From positions 65,078,788-65,142,787 of the forward strand of contig CM120640.1 of the NCBI GenBank assembly GCA_051362555.1: DNA of 64,000 nt, read 5' to 3'. Positions 19,990 through 31,417 of the stretch are shown here, piece after piece (position 1 is the stretch's first letter; every line of letters begins with the position of its first letter). Under the pieces are notes generated by a model. That model was not told where the DNA came from, made no database searches, and saw only the letters and a list, made by a program, of their open reading frames with translations. The stretch is from Lingula anatina. Taxonomy: Eukaryota; Animalia; Brachiopoda. The position numbers and the translations under genes are program-made.

Positions 19990-22900
19990 TCAGACATTTT
20001 TGATTAAGAAATCTGACACTATTTCGAAAATCTTGTCGTTTTGTCCAGATGTTAGTGTTTTATGGCCATGTAGGAAGAGGGATATCTTATCTAGTTGGGT
20101 TCTGAAATATGCATAAGTTACACCAAGTATATCTTCAACAGATTCGTAGAGATCACGATATTTCCTCTCTTTCAGTGGGCATTGAAAGAAAAAATGTCGG
20201 ATGGTTTCGGGTTTCCCACATAAACAGTTGGGAGAAGCCATAGCTGTCCAGTTGTGGTCATATAGTTGGGCTCTAAATAACAAATCGACTCGGGCCTTAT
20301 TTAGGATTTTTTCATTTTGTCTCGGAAGCTTCAGATGGGTGGTGGACATTGTTGCTGGGAAGGTTTCATTTCTAAGGTTATGCTTAAGGGAGGATGCAGA
20401 AGGAAGATTTTTTTGAGTGGTGTTTAGTTCATCCCAGCTTGTCATCAAAAAGTGTTCAGGACCTTTGTATGTGAATTTAGAGGGAATTATGTAGTCTCTT
20501 TTAGATGTTGTCCGTAGAGGTAGCATGGATTTATTTCTAAACGGGATGAAATAGGTAGAAACATAGGAAGGTGCTAGATGATTGTGGATATTGAACATGA
20601 TTTTTTTCGCGTGGTTTCTTCGACGTTCCTCTAGTGAAACCCAGTTCAGCTGTTTCAGTACTTTACAGCGATTTGAGCCAGGAAGGGCCCCCAGTATATT
20701 AAGGCCAGCTTGATACTGGAGGGAGGATAGCTTTGAGAGGTTATGTAGAGACGCGGTGCTATAGAGAACATCGCAATAATCAAGCAAAGGAGAAATGTAC
20801 GCATTGTAAAGTATGTTAAGATGCTTAGATCGTAGAGTTTTAGAAAGCGATTTTAAAGGATTTAGTGCACTTTGGGCCTTGCTTAAAGTATATGTAATAT
20901 GCTCGGAACAGTCAAGTTTATGATCAAGAATAAACCCAAGGTGTTTGTGGTATTTTTTCTGTGTTATAGCCGTGTTGCATAGAATAAGTGGGCTGTACTT
21001 TTCTACGTTTTCTTTTTTCGTAGTAAAAATCACTTCATTGCACTTTTTTGGTTTAAAAAATAATTTCCACTTCACTGACCATGCTTCAAGGTATGAGATA
21101 TCAGACTGGAGAATGTCATGAGCTCTCTTGTTGTCCGGGATAGACGGGAGAAAAATCGAAGTATCATCAGCATATATGAAGCAGTGCGAGATAAGACCAT
21201 CAGGTAGGTCGTTTATATACAGAAGAAATAGAAGCGGGCCGAGTATACTTCCTTGCGGAACACTGGTATTGATGAAGTTTGTCTCGGAGACCTTTGAAAG
21301 GGTACCGTTTATGCGCACTCTGATTTTCCTATTGTTCAGATAAGAGGCCAAGAGAAAGTGCAGTTTACCTCTAAAACCATAGGATATAAGTTTCAGCAAT
21401 AAGAGACTGTGAGGTACGCTGTCAAATGCAGCAGCAAAATCGAGGAAAATACCTCTAGTGTCAAGACCATTTCTGAAATTGTCCCTAATCAGATTATCAA
21501 TCGATAGCAATTGATATTCTGTGCTGTGTCCACTCAGGAAACCCGATTGTCTGTCATAGAGAAGTTTATTGTCCATAACATGCCTAATCATTCTCGTATA
21601 TATGATCCGCTCTAGGACCTTAGATATAACGCTTAACAATGAGATAGGTCTATAGTTTTCTACGTCAGTTTTGCTGCCTTTCTTGTGCACTGGGCATATA
21701 TATGCCTCTTTCCATATGTCTGGAAAGACGCCCGTTTGTAGTATCAAGTTAAAGAGGGTGCATAGCGGATAAGCAATGGATACACTGCATAATTTTAACA
21801 TTCTTACTGTTATACCGTCTGGTCCGTTAGCCTTGGATGAGTCCAGGCTATTTATTATACAGCTTATTTCTTCGGGTGTTGTGTCGAGATCGGTTAAAAT
21901 AACATCTGTTCTTTGTGGGAAAGTGATATTTGTATCACAGGTTAGATTATCAGAATGGTAGCTTTTGCCAAAGTGATTTAGGAAGACCTCAGCTTTTTCT
22001 TCGTCAGAATTAGCAACATTACCGGTATTTACATTTCCAATCACCGGTATTGACCGATTGAATTTATTACCCAGAAGTTTTTTCAGTGTTGGCCAATAGT
22101 GTTTCTTACTATCTGTTTTAGCTTCAAGTGCTTCGATTAGACTTTTATAATAAGAGTCTTTAGTTTCAGATATTAGCTGCTTCACCAGGTTACTTTGGGC
22201 AACATAGCTGGCGATGTTTACTTGCGACGGGTTCAGCTTTACACGTTGGTACAATTTTCTCTTTCTATTTAATTCATGTGTAATTTTGTCATTGTACCAT
22301 GGGTTCTCATTTCCACGTACTTTACTATGCTTTCTTGGGATATGTTTTTCAAATATGGACATAAGCGTATCGATAAATTTTTTAGTCAGCAGGTGGACAT
22401 CGGACTCGAGTTTAAACATGCTGTCCCAGTCGAACTGGGTTATTTCGGTTTTTAGTCCTTCAGGGTTTGCATGGTCGTACTTCCATATAGTTCTATAGTA
22501 AGGCGAATGCTTACAGAGAGTTATGTCTATGGAGGTCACTAATGTAGCATGGTCTGTGCGTCCAATCGGTGCTTCCACAGAAGATCTTAGTACCAGGCCG
22601 GGAATGTCAGTCACAGTCAGGTCAATGCATGAGACTGAGCTTCCTTGAATTCGGGTTGGCTCATTTATTAACTGGTCAAGGCCATGTTCGCAAAATATGT
22701 CGCTTAACATTCGACCTGACACGTCATCACCTCCCTCCAGAAACCATTGTCTGTTATGAGCATTAAAATCGCCATTTATTATGATTCCATCATGCCGAGA
22801 GCGTCTTGTTTTCTCAAGGCATTCGGATAGAAGAGACATGAAAATGTTCCTCTGTTGGGCTGATTGATTAGGAGATCTGTAGAATACACCGTAAAGAAGA

Positions 22901-23412
22901 GTTTTATGCTTCACTCGCAGCTCCACCCATAGGCAGTCCAACCCATCTAATTGAAGATCAGTTCGTTCTTTATACATTATATCATCGCACATATACAAGA
23001 TAAGCCCTCGGCCTTTATTAGAAAATACGGGTACTTGAAAGCCTTCAATATTATACTCTTCAATCCGATCTATCCTACAGATATTTCCTGCTTCGCAAAG
23101 CCCAACTACGTCAGCTTTAGCATTTTTAATTCTTATTTTAAGGCTCTCGAAGCGTTCATCAGCGTCCGCGCTAAGACTCCTTATGTTTGAGAAAAGTATG
23201 GTAAGGGGGATCGAGTACGGCCCTGGGTTGGGGTGGATATCTCCAGATAGTAGGATGATCTCAAGCATGATGATAGTTACTAGGAGCAGAGTCACTTTTG
23301 ATATCAGGTGAAGTGTGACGGGTGTCAGTTTGCATGATCCAGACGATAGCTTATGTATAACACAATAAAAATGGCCAATTGCGACCCTCCACTGACCTAG
23401 ACTAATCCCCAT
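19990..23412 (-). CDS. LINE ORF2: 2A-like peptide + APE endonuclease + reverse transcriptase + C-terminal CCHC-like motif (1140 aa)
   Basis: GDIHPNPGP; APE motifs YRSP, GDFNAH, IDL, TDH; RT motifs NYRPISLL, QSGF, AFDSV, VPQGSILGPLLF, YADD, HKHLG; CLCGKPETIRHFFFQCP. Confidence 0.95.
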   Translation of the reverse strand: MGISLGQWRVAIGHFYCVIHKLSSGSCKLTPVTLHLISKVTLLLVTIIMLEIILLSGDIHPNPGPYSIPLTILFSNIRSLSADADERFESLKIRIKNAKADVVGLCEAGNICRIDRIEEYNIEGFQVPVFSNKGRGLILYMCDDIMYKERTDLQLDGLDCLWVELRVKHKTLLYGVFYRSPNQSAQQRNIFMSLLSECLEKTRRSRHDGIIINGDFNAHNRQWFLEGGDDVSGRMLSDIFCEHGLDQLINEPTRIQGSSVSCIDLTVTDIPGLVLRSSVEAPIGRTDHATLVTSIDITLCKHSPYYRTIWKYDHANPEGLKTEITQFDWDSMFKLESDVHLLTKKFIDTLMSIFEKHIPRKHSKVRGNENPWYNDKITHELNRKRKLYQRVKLNPSQVNIASYVAQSNLVKQLISETKDSYYKSLIEALEAKTDSKKHYWPTLKKLLGNKFNRSIPVIGNVNTGNVANSDEEKAEVFLNHFGKSYHSDNLTCDTNITFPQRTDVILTDLDTTPEEISCIINSLDSSKANGPDGITVRMLKLCSVSIAYPLCTLFNLILQTGVFPDIWKEAYICPVHKKGSKTDVENYRPISLLSVISKVLERIIYTRMIRHVMDNKLLYDRQSGFLSGHSTEYQLLSIDNLIRDNFRNGLDTRGIFLDFAAAFDSVPHSLLLLKLISYGFRGKLHFLLASYLNNRKIRVRINGTLSKVSETNFINTSVPQGSILGPLLFLLYINDLPDGLISHCFIYADDTSIFLPSIPDNKRAHDILQSDISYLEAWSVKWKLFFKPKKCNEVIFTTKKENVEKYSPLILCNTAITQKKYHKHLGFILDHKLDCSEHITYTLSKAQSALNPLKSLSKTLRSKHLNILYNAYISPLLDYCDVLYSTASLHNLSKLSSLQYQAGLNILGALPGSNRCKVLKQLNWVSLEERRRNHAKKIMFNIHNHLAPSYVSTYFIPFRNKSMLPLRTTSKRDYIIPSKFTYKGPEHFLMTSWDELNTTQKNLPSASSLKHNLRNETFPATMSTTHLKLPRQNEKILNKARVDLLFRAQLYDHNWTAMASPNCLCGKPETIRHFFFQCPLKERKYRDLYESVEDILGVTYAYFRTQLDKISLFLHGHKTLTSGQNDKIFEIVSDFLIKNV

Positions 23413-23746
23413 TCATGTGAATGATCATCAAGTACCCCCGTCCCCAGCCATGCCCTCCCCTCAGTCCTCTTAGGTTATATTTTGGAAAACTAGAGTTCAT
23501 AGTCAGGGGAAAAAAAGGGGGAAAAGGTAGCGGATGTGCATAGCATATAGCAACAACCAAGCAGTCGAATGAGAACTGGCTTGGTAGAGTGGATAAGAAA
23601 TAAAATGAATAAATATACAGAAACACATGCAACGCTTCACTTACAACATTACACACAAAAGTCGTCATAATCAGTTTAGTCCTGATTATATGCCATCATC
23701 AGACAGAAAGATGTACCTGTACAGTTTATAATAAGTCTTTTGCATT

Positions 23747-24634
23747 TTATTTATAGTTTTTCTTTTTTATTTTTTCGTCAATAATGTCAAATATGTCGAA
23801 TTTTATTTTGTCATCAGTGTTTTTTGGTTTGCCATAGACGCTCCCGTTAAAGTACCACGCTTGTTCTATTAGCTGACTCTCATTTAGTCTGTGTAAAAGC
23901 TCAATGTTACGTTTGGTTACATCGTCTGAAAGTTTCATATTCTTTCCCGATTTCCTGAGTACTGCACGCTTTTTCATAATCCGTGCTTTCACATCAGTGT
24001 TCTTAACTTTCAGTAATATTGGTCTTTCCTGTCCTCGCTTTCCAGGTATCCTGTGAACGGCAACGATCTCTTCACTGGTCACCCGTACACCCGTTTCCGT
24101 CTGTAGCAGTTTGGACACCTTGCCGACCATGTCTTCATTTTTCTCCTCTTTCACTCCGTAGATCTTGATGTTGTTTTTTCGGGAGTATTGCTCATTGTAG
24201 TTGGCATTGATTTGAGCTTCTTTGGACATGTTGCCAGCTTCCTCTGCTATTTTTGCTAACCTTGTAATTTCTCTTTTATTGTCCATAATCTGCTCTTTCA
24301 ATAATTCGTTTTCAGTTGACAGGTGATCGTATCCCTCTTTCAGTCTTCCGAATCTCACGTCGAATTTTATTTCCATTTCTAAAAACCGATTTTCCATGGC
24401 TTCTTTCAAGTCCTTAACCATCTCGCCTACCATAGCTTTAATTTCGCCCACCTCATCTTTTATTATTTGTTTTAATTCAGTTTTAATTTCTAGCATTTCT
24501 TGCATAATGAGTTGAGATTCATCGCCACTGGAGTTTGAGAGTTCCGAGTGAAGTCTTTTCGTTGACTGAGATGTTTTCGAGTCATTACGCTCGTTTGTTT
24601 CTTTAGTTCCATTCATCATGGGGCGATGAACCAT
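23747..24634 (-). CDS. LINE ORF1 (coiled coil + RRM-like nucleic-acid chaperone, 295 aa)
   Basis: Heptad-rich N-half, then NEQYSRKNNIKIYGVKE..AVHRIPG..RPILLK..DDVTKRN..AWYFNGSVY, typical of L1/CR1-type ORF1; upstream of ORF2 on the same strand. Confidence 0.9.
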   Translation of the reverse strand: MVHRPMMNGTKETNERNDSKTSQSTKRLHSELSNSSGDESQLIMQEMLEIKTELKQIIKDEVGEIKAMVGEMVKDLKEAMENRFLEMEIKFDVRFGRLKEGYDHLSTENELLKEQIMDNKREITRLAKIAEEAGNMSKEAQINANYNEQYSRKNNIKIYGVKEEKNEDMVGKVSKLLQTETGVRVTSEEIVAVHRIPGKRGQERPILLKVKNTDVKARIMKKRAVLRKSGKNMKLSDDVTKRNIELLHRLNESQLIEQAWYFNGSVYGKPKNTDDKIKFDIFDIIDEKIKKKNYK

Positions 24635-27600
24635 ACACTGTACACATTAATAGTGCAGGTAGAATAGATAATGAGGCAGCAATTCACTGATGTTCTCTGA
24701 TCAGGGCACTTATAGTGTTACGCAATATTTCGCCTACTGTACATTTACCTTTGTTTATGAATAGTACTCATGTTTAGTCCAATCTGCACTTGGAATGTTA
24801 TATATACGAAAGCCGCCAAAAAAGCACTTTTGTTACACAGTTGTCAAAAACAGGCTCACATATCGGTGCACGGTCTATTCATGTCATCGTAACTCACCCC
24901 GATCGTTCTGTCACCCCGTACATCTCTTGACTGACGGTAACTTTTGCGAGCTAGCACACCCCAGTCTCCAGCTCGTCGGCCATCTTGCTCAACATCCTAA
25001 CTGATGGGGCTCTTGAACCTTATGTAAACTGATGGGGCTCTTGAACCTTATGTAAGTTTGACTTTGTTAGTAAGTGAAGAATTATTATCGATATATTTGG
25101 CACGTTACATATCTGTTCAAGATTCTGACACCTCGCACCAATTTTTGGATTATACTGCACTTTGATAACCTATGAAATGAGACATACTCTAAACAAGTGT
25201 CCAGAGAATAAACTAAATATTTCGTTTTTCTTAAGAAACTTATTTTACATGCAACAAGTTAAAAAATCCTTTGGAACAACAGTTTCCTCTTAAACAGCAA
25301 TGTCTTACCATAGAATATCTGTATTACTCGATCACTCCAAGTATCTTACTTCAAGGTTCTTACACCAGATGCCCGTCAAAGTACCTCCCAAAATACCTGA
25401 TTTCCCCAACGTCTTTGATGCCTTTTGGACTTGGTGTGCAGCTGTCGGACATGGAGTGTCACTGGATCGTCACGACACCTAGTGGACATAATGTATGGAG
25501 TTCTTTTGTCCTACCTCTTTTCGTGGCAATAATATGAAGATAACTTTTACTTTGTTAAAACATTATAAGTATGAGCATGGATTTCTAATTCTATGTTAAA
25601 AGAAATTTTTATTCAAAATGTCATGGGATTAACTTGTTTGGTGTAACATTCTGTAAAAGCTGATCATAAAGTGTATGTAGATTACAATTTAGAGTATGTG
25701 TATAGTTTCAGTAGTTTGACTGACACTATTCAGACTTCGCAAGTTCGTAGTTTTAACTACTTTTAAAAATTATAAACATTTGCAGCTAGTATTTCATTAT
25801 TTATTGTAACTTTTACATATATCATTTTTGAAAAATAAACGAGACTAACCATCCCTGCTCCAATTCTGCACTTAAAACATGTGATACCATACAGTTCCAT
25901 TACGTATTACCAAACAAAAATGCGTAGTTAGAGTCAATTTTTAATGAAAGGATTCTTAACAAAGTTTTCTCATTTTCAGGGGATGATTTTGACTTTGATG
26001 GAGTTTCTTATGGATGAGGGAGTCAGCTGCGGTGAAGGCCGCCTCTCAATTTATGAGATAACACCCTACTCCGAAACTCCACTGGGTGAATATTGCAAAG
26101 AAAGTGAAAACCAACGTATTGTCTTCTCTGCCTCTGGCCAGGTGCGTCTGGTATTCCGTCTAACAGGGACGGCAGCATCAAAGGGATTCTGGATATCATT
26201 CAATCTGCGCCCAGCCAGTAAGTTGCTTTTATATTTACTCATATGTTTAGTGTCTTTCAAAAAATCTTTTCTAAAGATTTTTAGATTTTGCTTACTTGAT
26301 ACACGCTGCTTAGGGATATTTAATAGAATTTGAGAAAAGGATGTTTTTGTTTTTTTGTTTTTTTGTTTTTTTTATGGCTATTTCTCATTTTTGATCACCC
26401 TACTGACTTGCAAACCCTTGGGATTCTGTACAGCAATATAACAAATAGGGGCCTAATCGGAATAGACAAAACCAATGTGCGCGGAGGAATACACTGTACA
26501 ACAGAAACACATGATGGATACATGACAACCATAGGGATCTGTTTTTCCCGTGTTGTAAACATTACTGTCTGTGTTTGATGTTTGGCTTTCTTAATACTAT
26601 ACTGAGGTGCTGTGGCTATTTCAGAATGTGAAGAAGTTCTTATGTCACCCTCTGGCATGATTAAGACCTCTTCTTATCCAGCGTCATACTTTCCGGACGA
26701 GCATTGCACGTGGCGTATACAAGGGCCACGTGGAAAAGTTATCAAGCTGACGTAAGTACAAGAAAATGGCTGTACTGAATAAACGGGTCATCGCTCTAAC
26801 AGAAAAAATATATATGCATGACAAAGGCATTTTACCAAACCAGAACTTTAAGATATTTAACCGATTTAAATGTAAACTTTTGCCGACAAATGGGCTTTTT
26901 GAGTGTGCGTCAATCCGCTTGATCACATGACTAAACCCCAACTGCCTACATTTCAGATATTTACAAGAATTTACTCTAACGATTCAATTTTGTTGTCTTA
27001 CAACTTAACGTCTATATTAAACCCATGTTTATGGACATCGACCTCGGTGACAGCGGTGACTATGTTGAGATTCTGGAACCATCAGACATTGCAGGTGTCG
27101 TGGACCGTCGTCAAAGGATCGACAAAATGATGTCCGAGCCCTACCTGAGCAGTTCGAATAAACTTCTGGTAAAATTCAGGTCCAACAATGCGGCAGGTGG
27201 CAGAGGCTTCATGGCAGTCCACGATTCGATAACGGGTATATTACGCTTGTGCGCGCGTATATGACACGTTGTACGAGGCTTGAAAATCTTAGTACTAGTA
27301 TTTCGCTATAAGGTTATTGTCGAAGAGTTAACTTTGGGTATAATGTGTATACAAACTTCGCGAAAGTAGCTGGGCAAAAGTCTCACATTTCTGAGATACG
27401 CATGTTACATTTATTAACAATAAAGTTGTATAAAGTGTTTCGTTTTATTGGGACACTATTCGTCACTTTTGGAATTAATGTTTTTGTAACGTCATTTTCC
27501 CGTTTTTATTTCTCCTGTCAGCCCCACCTGTATGTGGGGGTGTGAGCAGTAGCGGGGAAGGTGTGATATCGTCCTCGGATGTGGTAATCAACCCTCCGCA

Positions 27601-30600
27601 CCGGGACTGTGAGTGGATAATAAAGGTTGGGGAGGGCAAAGTCCTGAAGATAACATTTAATTCCTTGCAAATGCAGCCAGCATTTGGAAGCTCAGCCTGT
27701 TCATATGAATACGTGGAGGTAATATATTTGTTTTCTTTTAAATTTATTGAATGGCTTTAATTTGTTTGGTGAAAGGGAGATTCCTTTCGAAAGTCAGAAT
27801 GATCACATTATTTAACAGAAGTAATGATTTTTGTCCATATTTTTGCCCACTTTGCTGAGATGTTTTTCTTTGGTTTAATCTTTTTCCAGATAAGAGACGG
27901 CGCAACTAGTGCTGATCTTCTTATAGGTCGTTATTGCGGTGACGCCATACCCCGTGATATTTTGACGTCCACCAACGAGGCGTATGTCAAATATCATTCT
28001 GACCATTTAGTAAATGGAAGACGATTCAGATTATCGTACAAAGAAACAGAAGGTGAATAAGCTTTCCAAATGAACAAAAGCATTAGCTAATATAATGAAA
28101 ATAACATTTCAGTATTTTCAGCGTATATTGGTTCTTAAATGACATAAGTAAGCCTCACGTTTAATTAATCTTAAATGATTTTTCAATTGCAATTCTATTT
28201 TAGCCATATGTGGCGGTTATCTTACCGGACATGAAGTGCCTTTTAAGCTGACGTCACCACGTTTCCCACGTGACTATCCTTATAACGTCAGATGCAAGTG
28301 GACTGTTCAGCCTTTACCTGGTGACCATCTGGTTGCTTACGTTACCGAGATTGCTTTAGAGTCCTCAGTCAACTGTCGTTACGACAACCTCGAAATAAAA
28401 TCGAATGTGAGTACTCACCTTGTTTAGTACTGCAGTTTTTCATGTGTGCTTTTCATAATTAAGCATGTACCTCAACGAATATTTGTCTTAATATGCATTT
28501 TTATTCAAGAAAAACCAGACAACAGTGCTGCGAGCGTGTGGTACCGATTACCCACCAGAATTTTTGATAGATGACGCTGTGGATATTTATTTTGTGGCGG
28601 ATTCTACAATAAGCAAGAAAGGGTTTTCAATGACTGTTACATGTGAGTATTTTCATCCGTTGTACTCAATGTCTTTCCAGTTTGAGCTATATCATGGCGT
28701 GAAAGAGAGCACATGAACGTGTTATATGTGTAACAGGCATTAATTATTCTGCTTCTCAGTTTGGCAGGAAACTGAACTCAGATTTTATGTCGTTCTTTTC
28801 TTGAGTTGCCTTTAACTAAAGCGCATTTTAGTATCTACCATTTTCTTTCAGCAACACGTTTTCCCAAGACAGCCGAGTTGGGATATACAGTTACGTATCC
28901 AGAACCTTGTCCGAACGCTACTAATTTCCAGACTGACATAAAGACCATGTTTAGGGAAACATTCTTCAAGCAGTCTCTACAGCCTCTTTGTGTAAGCCCA
29001 CCATGCGAGTTTGGAGACACCATAATCATTTGTCAGCCAAACTCATTCGTAGTGGCATTTCGTAGCCTCGAGAACTTGACCATGTACGATGAACAGAACC
29101 AATATTTCGCCAATATCTCAACACTGATTCCAAAGTTAAGCAGAGACAGCACTTTCTTGGAAATGGAGCATGACTTGTTCGAAGGATATTTCGTCACACC
29201 AAGAAAGAATAGACGTCGTCAAAAACTCATTCCAACGCTGAAAGTCACATGTCGAGACAAAGCGCCCATTGGTTACCAGTGCCATGCAGGTAGGTAACAT
29301 GCCACAAATCCATCGAGTTTGTCAACATCGTTCCTCAAGTGTGGTCACGTGCATTTGTTGCGTGGATAAGGTGGGCCTATCTATCCGTTATTATGTCATT
29401 GCAAGAAATATTTTATATTATTTTTAGTTGAAACATCTTCTTGTAACAAGATATTTTTCATTCGTTCCATATCAAGGTAGGTCATCGTGTGATAATTTTC
29501 ATGTCAACATGGAGCCACTTGTCTGGAAGTGGAAGGAATTGCCAAATGCGTATGTGCTGGAGGCTGGGATGGGCCCGAATGCCAATTTCGTGAGTAGCCG
29601 TTTCCCTTTTAGTCCTGTAAAGTTGGATAGTTTCAAAGATAGGTGACAGCTATTTTGGCATTTAATAATTTCAGTCAAAAAACCAACATCCAGAGTGCCT
29701 TTTTATATCGAAAAATATACTTAACTGGATCGGACGTCTGATTGAAATATTGACAACATAGTAGTCTGGCTATTAATGAGAGATTCACCTGAACCCAGCA
29801 CCTTCGCTCGAGATGATCAATACGAACTTGTTGAGAACTTGTGCTAGGAAGTAAAATCCCATGCAGCGTAATTAATTAATGACACGTTGGCATGTGTCAA
29901 AGTCGTCTGGTCCAGTAAAGTATACCGCTCGACGTGAAGAAAGCCAAATAGCTGGGTGCCCCCGCCCCCCCCCTTGCGACCCCGTGGTCAGAAGGAATGC
30001 AATACGGGAGGTACAGAGCCTGTGAACCAAACAGTGATCATATATGCTTGCCTTAAAGATGTAGTGAGGGTGTATTATAGTAAAGTGACAAGACTCGGAA
30101 TCATGCACTTAGCAGTAATTTTATGATCTGTAGCATTATTGTTTCACTTATTTGCATAATGTACATATATAAATATGTATTTCAGGAGACACCTGCAGAA
30201 TTAATCCGTGTTTTCATGGTGGAACATGTTACAATGGTATAGGTTCAGAGTATCAATGCCGTTGTATGGTTGGTTTTTCTGGACGAAGATGTGTAAGACG
30301 GTAACAATTTTGTGTGCTTCTCTTAAATCAGTGAGCAAAGTTCATCTGTGAAACTAGCAGATTTAAGAGTACAGTGCATCCACTTTCACACAGCCTTTAT
30401 GTCTCTTCATTAACCTAAACGAAAGGATAAGTTAAGGACAAACAAAAATATGGTGTTCGAAATTTGGCCGGTAGCGTTATTGAAAGGTTATTGAAAGGTC
30501 CCTCTAGTAAAAGAATAGTATAAGTTATTATATAGCATTATATAATGTTGAATTAAGCAAAATTACGCAATGTTATTGCATAAAAATACATATCAAAACA

Positions 30601-31417
30601 AATAGTGCACATATTTTAAATCTAATACACAGGGCACATGTGAAATGGAAATAAACAAGGAGATGGGATTTGTTTTTGATGATATGTATTAAACTCAACA
30701 GGCGTATTTTTATTTTTCAGACTGCCTTTCCTGCGCACGCTTTGGGGAAAGTTTCTTTTTGGTTCGAGTCACAGTCCGTGATTTTGCATATATTTTTAAT
30801 CAAACATTTGTTTGTATATCTCATAACAGCTAGGAACGGAACACATATGTATATGGATAAGTGTTCATTTATTCTAAAATGGAATATTGAACTGTTGATG
30901 TTTTGGGAATTCAGTGAATATCAGTATAAAACAAGTATTGATTGTTAGTTATAACGCCGTTGAAAAGAATTCCCGAATCACACTTTCAAAGACTGTCAAC
31001 ACATGTTGCATGGAAAAATTACACTGAAAATAAGAATGCCCTCATCCGCACATTCAGTCATAACGGTTCAAGATGTTACTTGTAATATTGCATACTTTCA
31101 ATTTATAGTATATAGCTGCAGACCATTTTTGATGCTGCTGCTACTGTATAAATGCAGTGAAAAAAAGCATAATGTATACCTACCAATTAAATGTTACAGA
31201 GTTTTTTTTTAGCGCAGATTGACTTTATATTTGTATAACGTTAATAATTGCGAATAATATTAAATTTTTAATTTAAAATAATTAAAGAAATATAAGACGG
31301 ATGCCAATTCATATGTTGTAAGACAAAATTCAGATTTGAATGATCTTGACCTTTTAATCATTTTAAAATATATCCATGGTTATTCACTCAACACCAGGCA
31401 TTCAACGAGGGGCATCC

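Larger units (their letters stand above)
19700..24995 (-). mobile_element. Apparently full-length CR1-group (CR1/L2/Crack-like) LINE
   Basis: 5' end with AAGATGGCCGA motif (24976-24986), ORF1, spacer, intact ORF2, 3'UTR with (TTA)n at ~19803-19842, AATAAA (19719-19724) and a 12-nt poly(A) tail (19700-19711). No TSD; the target site is deleted. Confidence 0.9.
15784..30781 (+). pseudogene. Multi-CUB + SEA-like + 2xEGF secreted protein, copy 2 (signal peptide to stop), disrupted
   Basis: Exons 15784-15862 (MNSTCLKLLLLQVFGVVDFCLG, signal-like), 16380-16496 (..KVVKR), 16606-16718 + 19190-19415 (CUB), [LINE], 25356-25492, 25980-26217, 26625-26751, 27027-27235, 27522-27718, 27890-28052, 28204-28406, 28510-28642, 28852-29289, 29477-29589, 30186-30300, 30721-30781, with compatible phases. 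Lesions: acceptor AG>AT at 27025-27026 and a 1-nt deletion in EGF1 at ~29497. The three most 5' exons are less certain. Confidence 0.75.

Noticed and set aside
20201-23190. Several plus-strand ORFs inside the LINE
   Set aside because: Antisense to ORF2, with no recognisable motifs.
24795-25004. 69-aa antisense ORF in the LINE 5'UTR as an L1 ORF0 analogue
   Set aside because: Short, no motif, and it stops before the orphan donor; no support without family alignment.
24999-25054. 28-bp direct repeats as a CRISPR array or TSD
   Set aside because: Two adjacent copies with no spacer, both on one side of the LINE, in a eukaryotic context.
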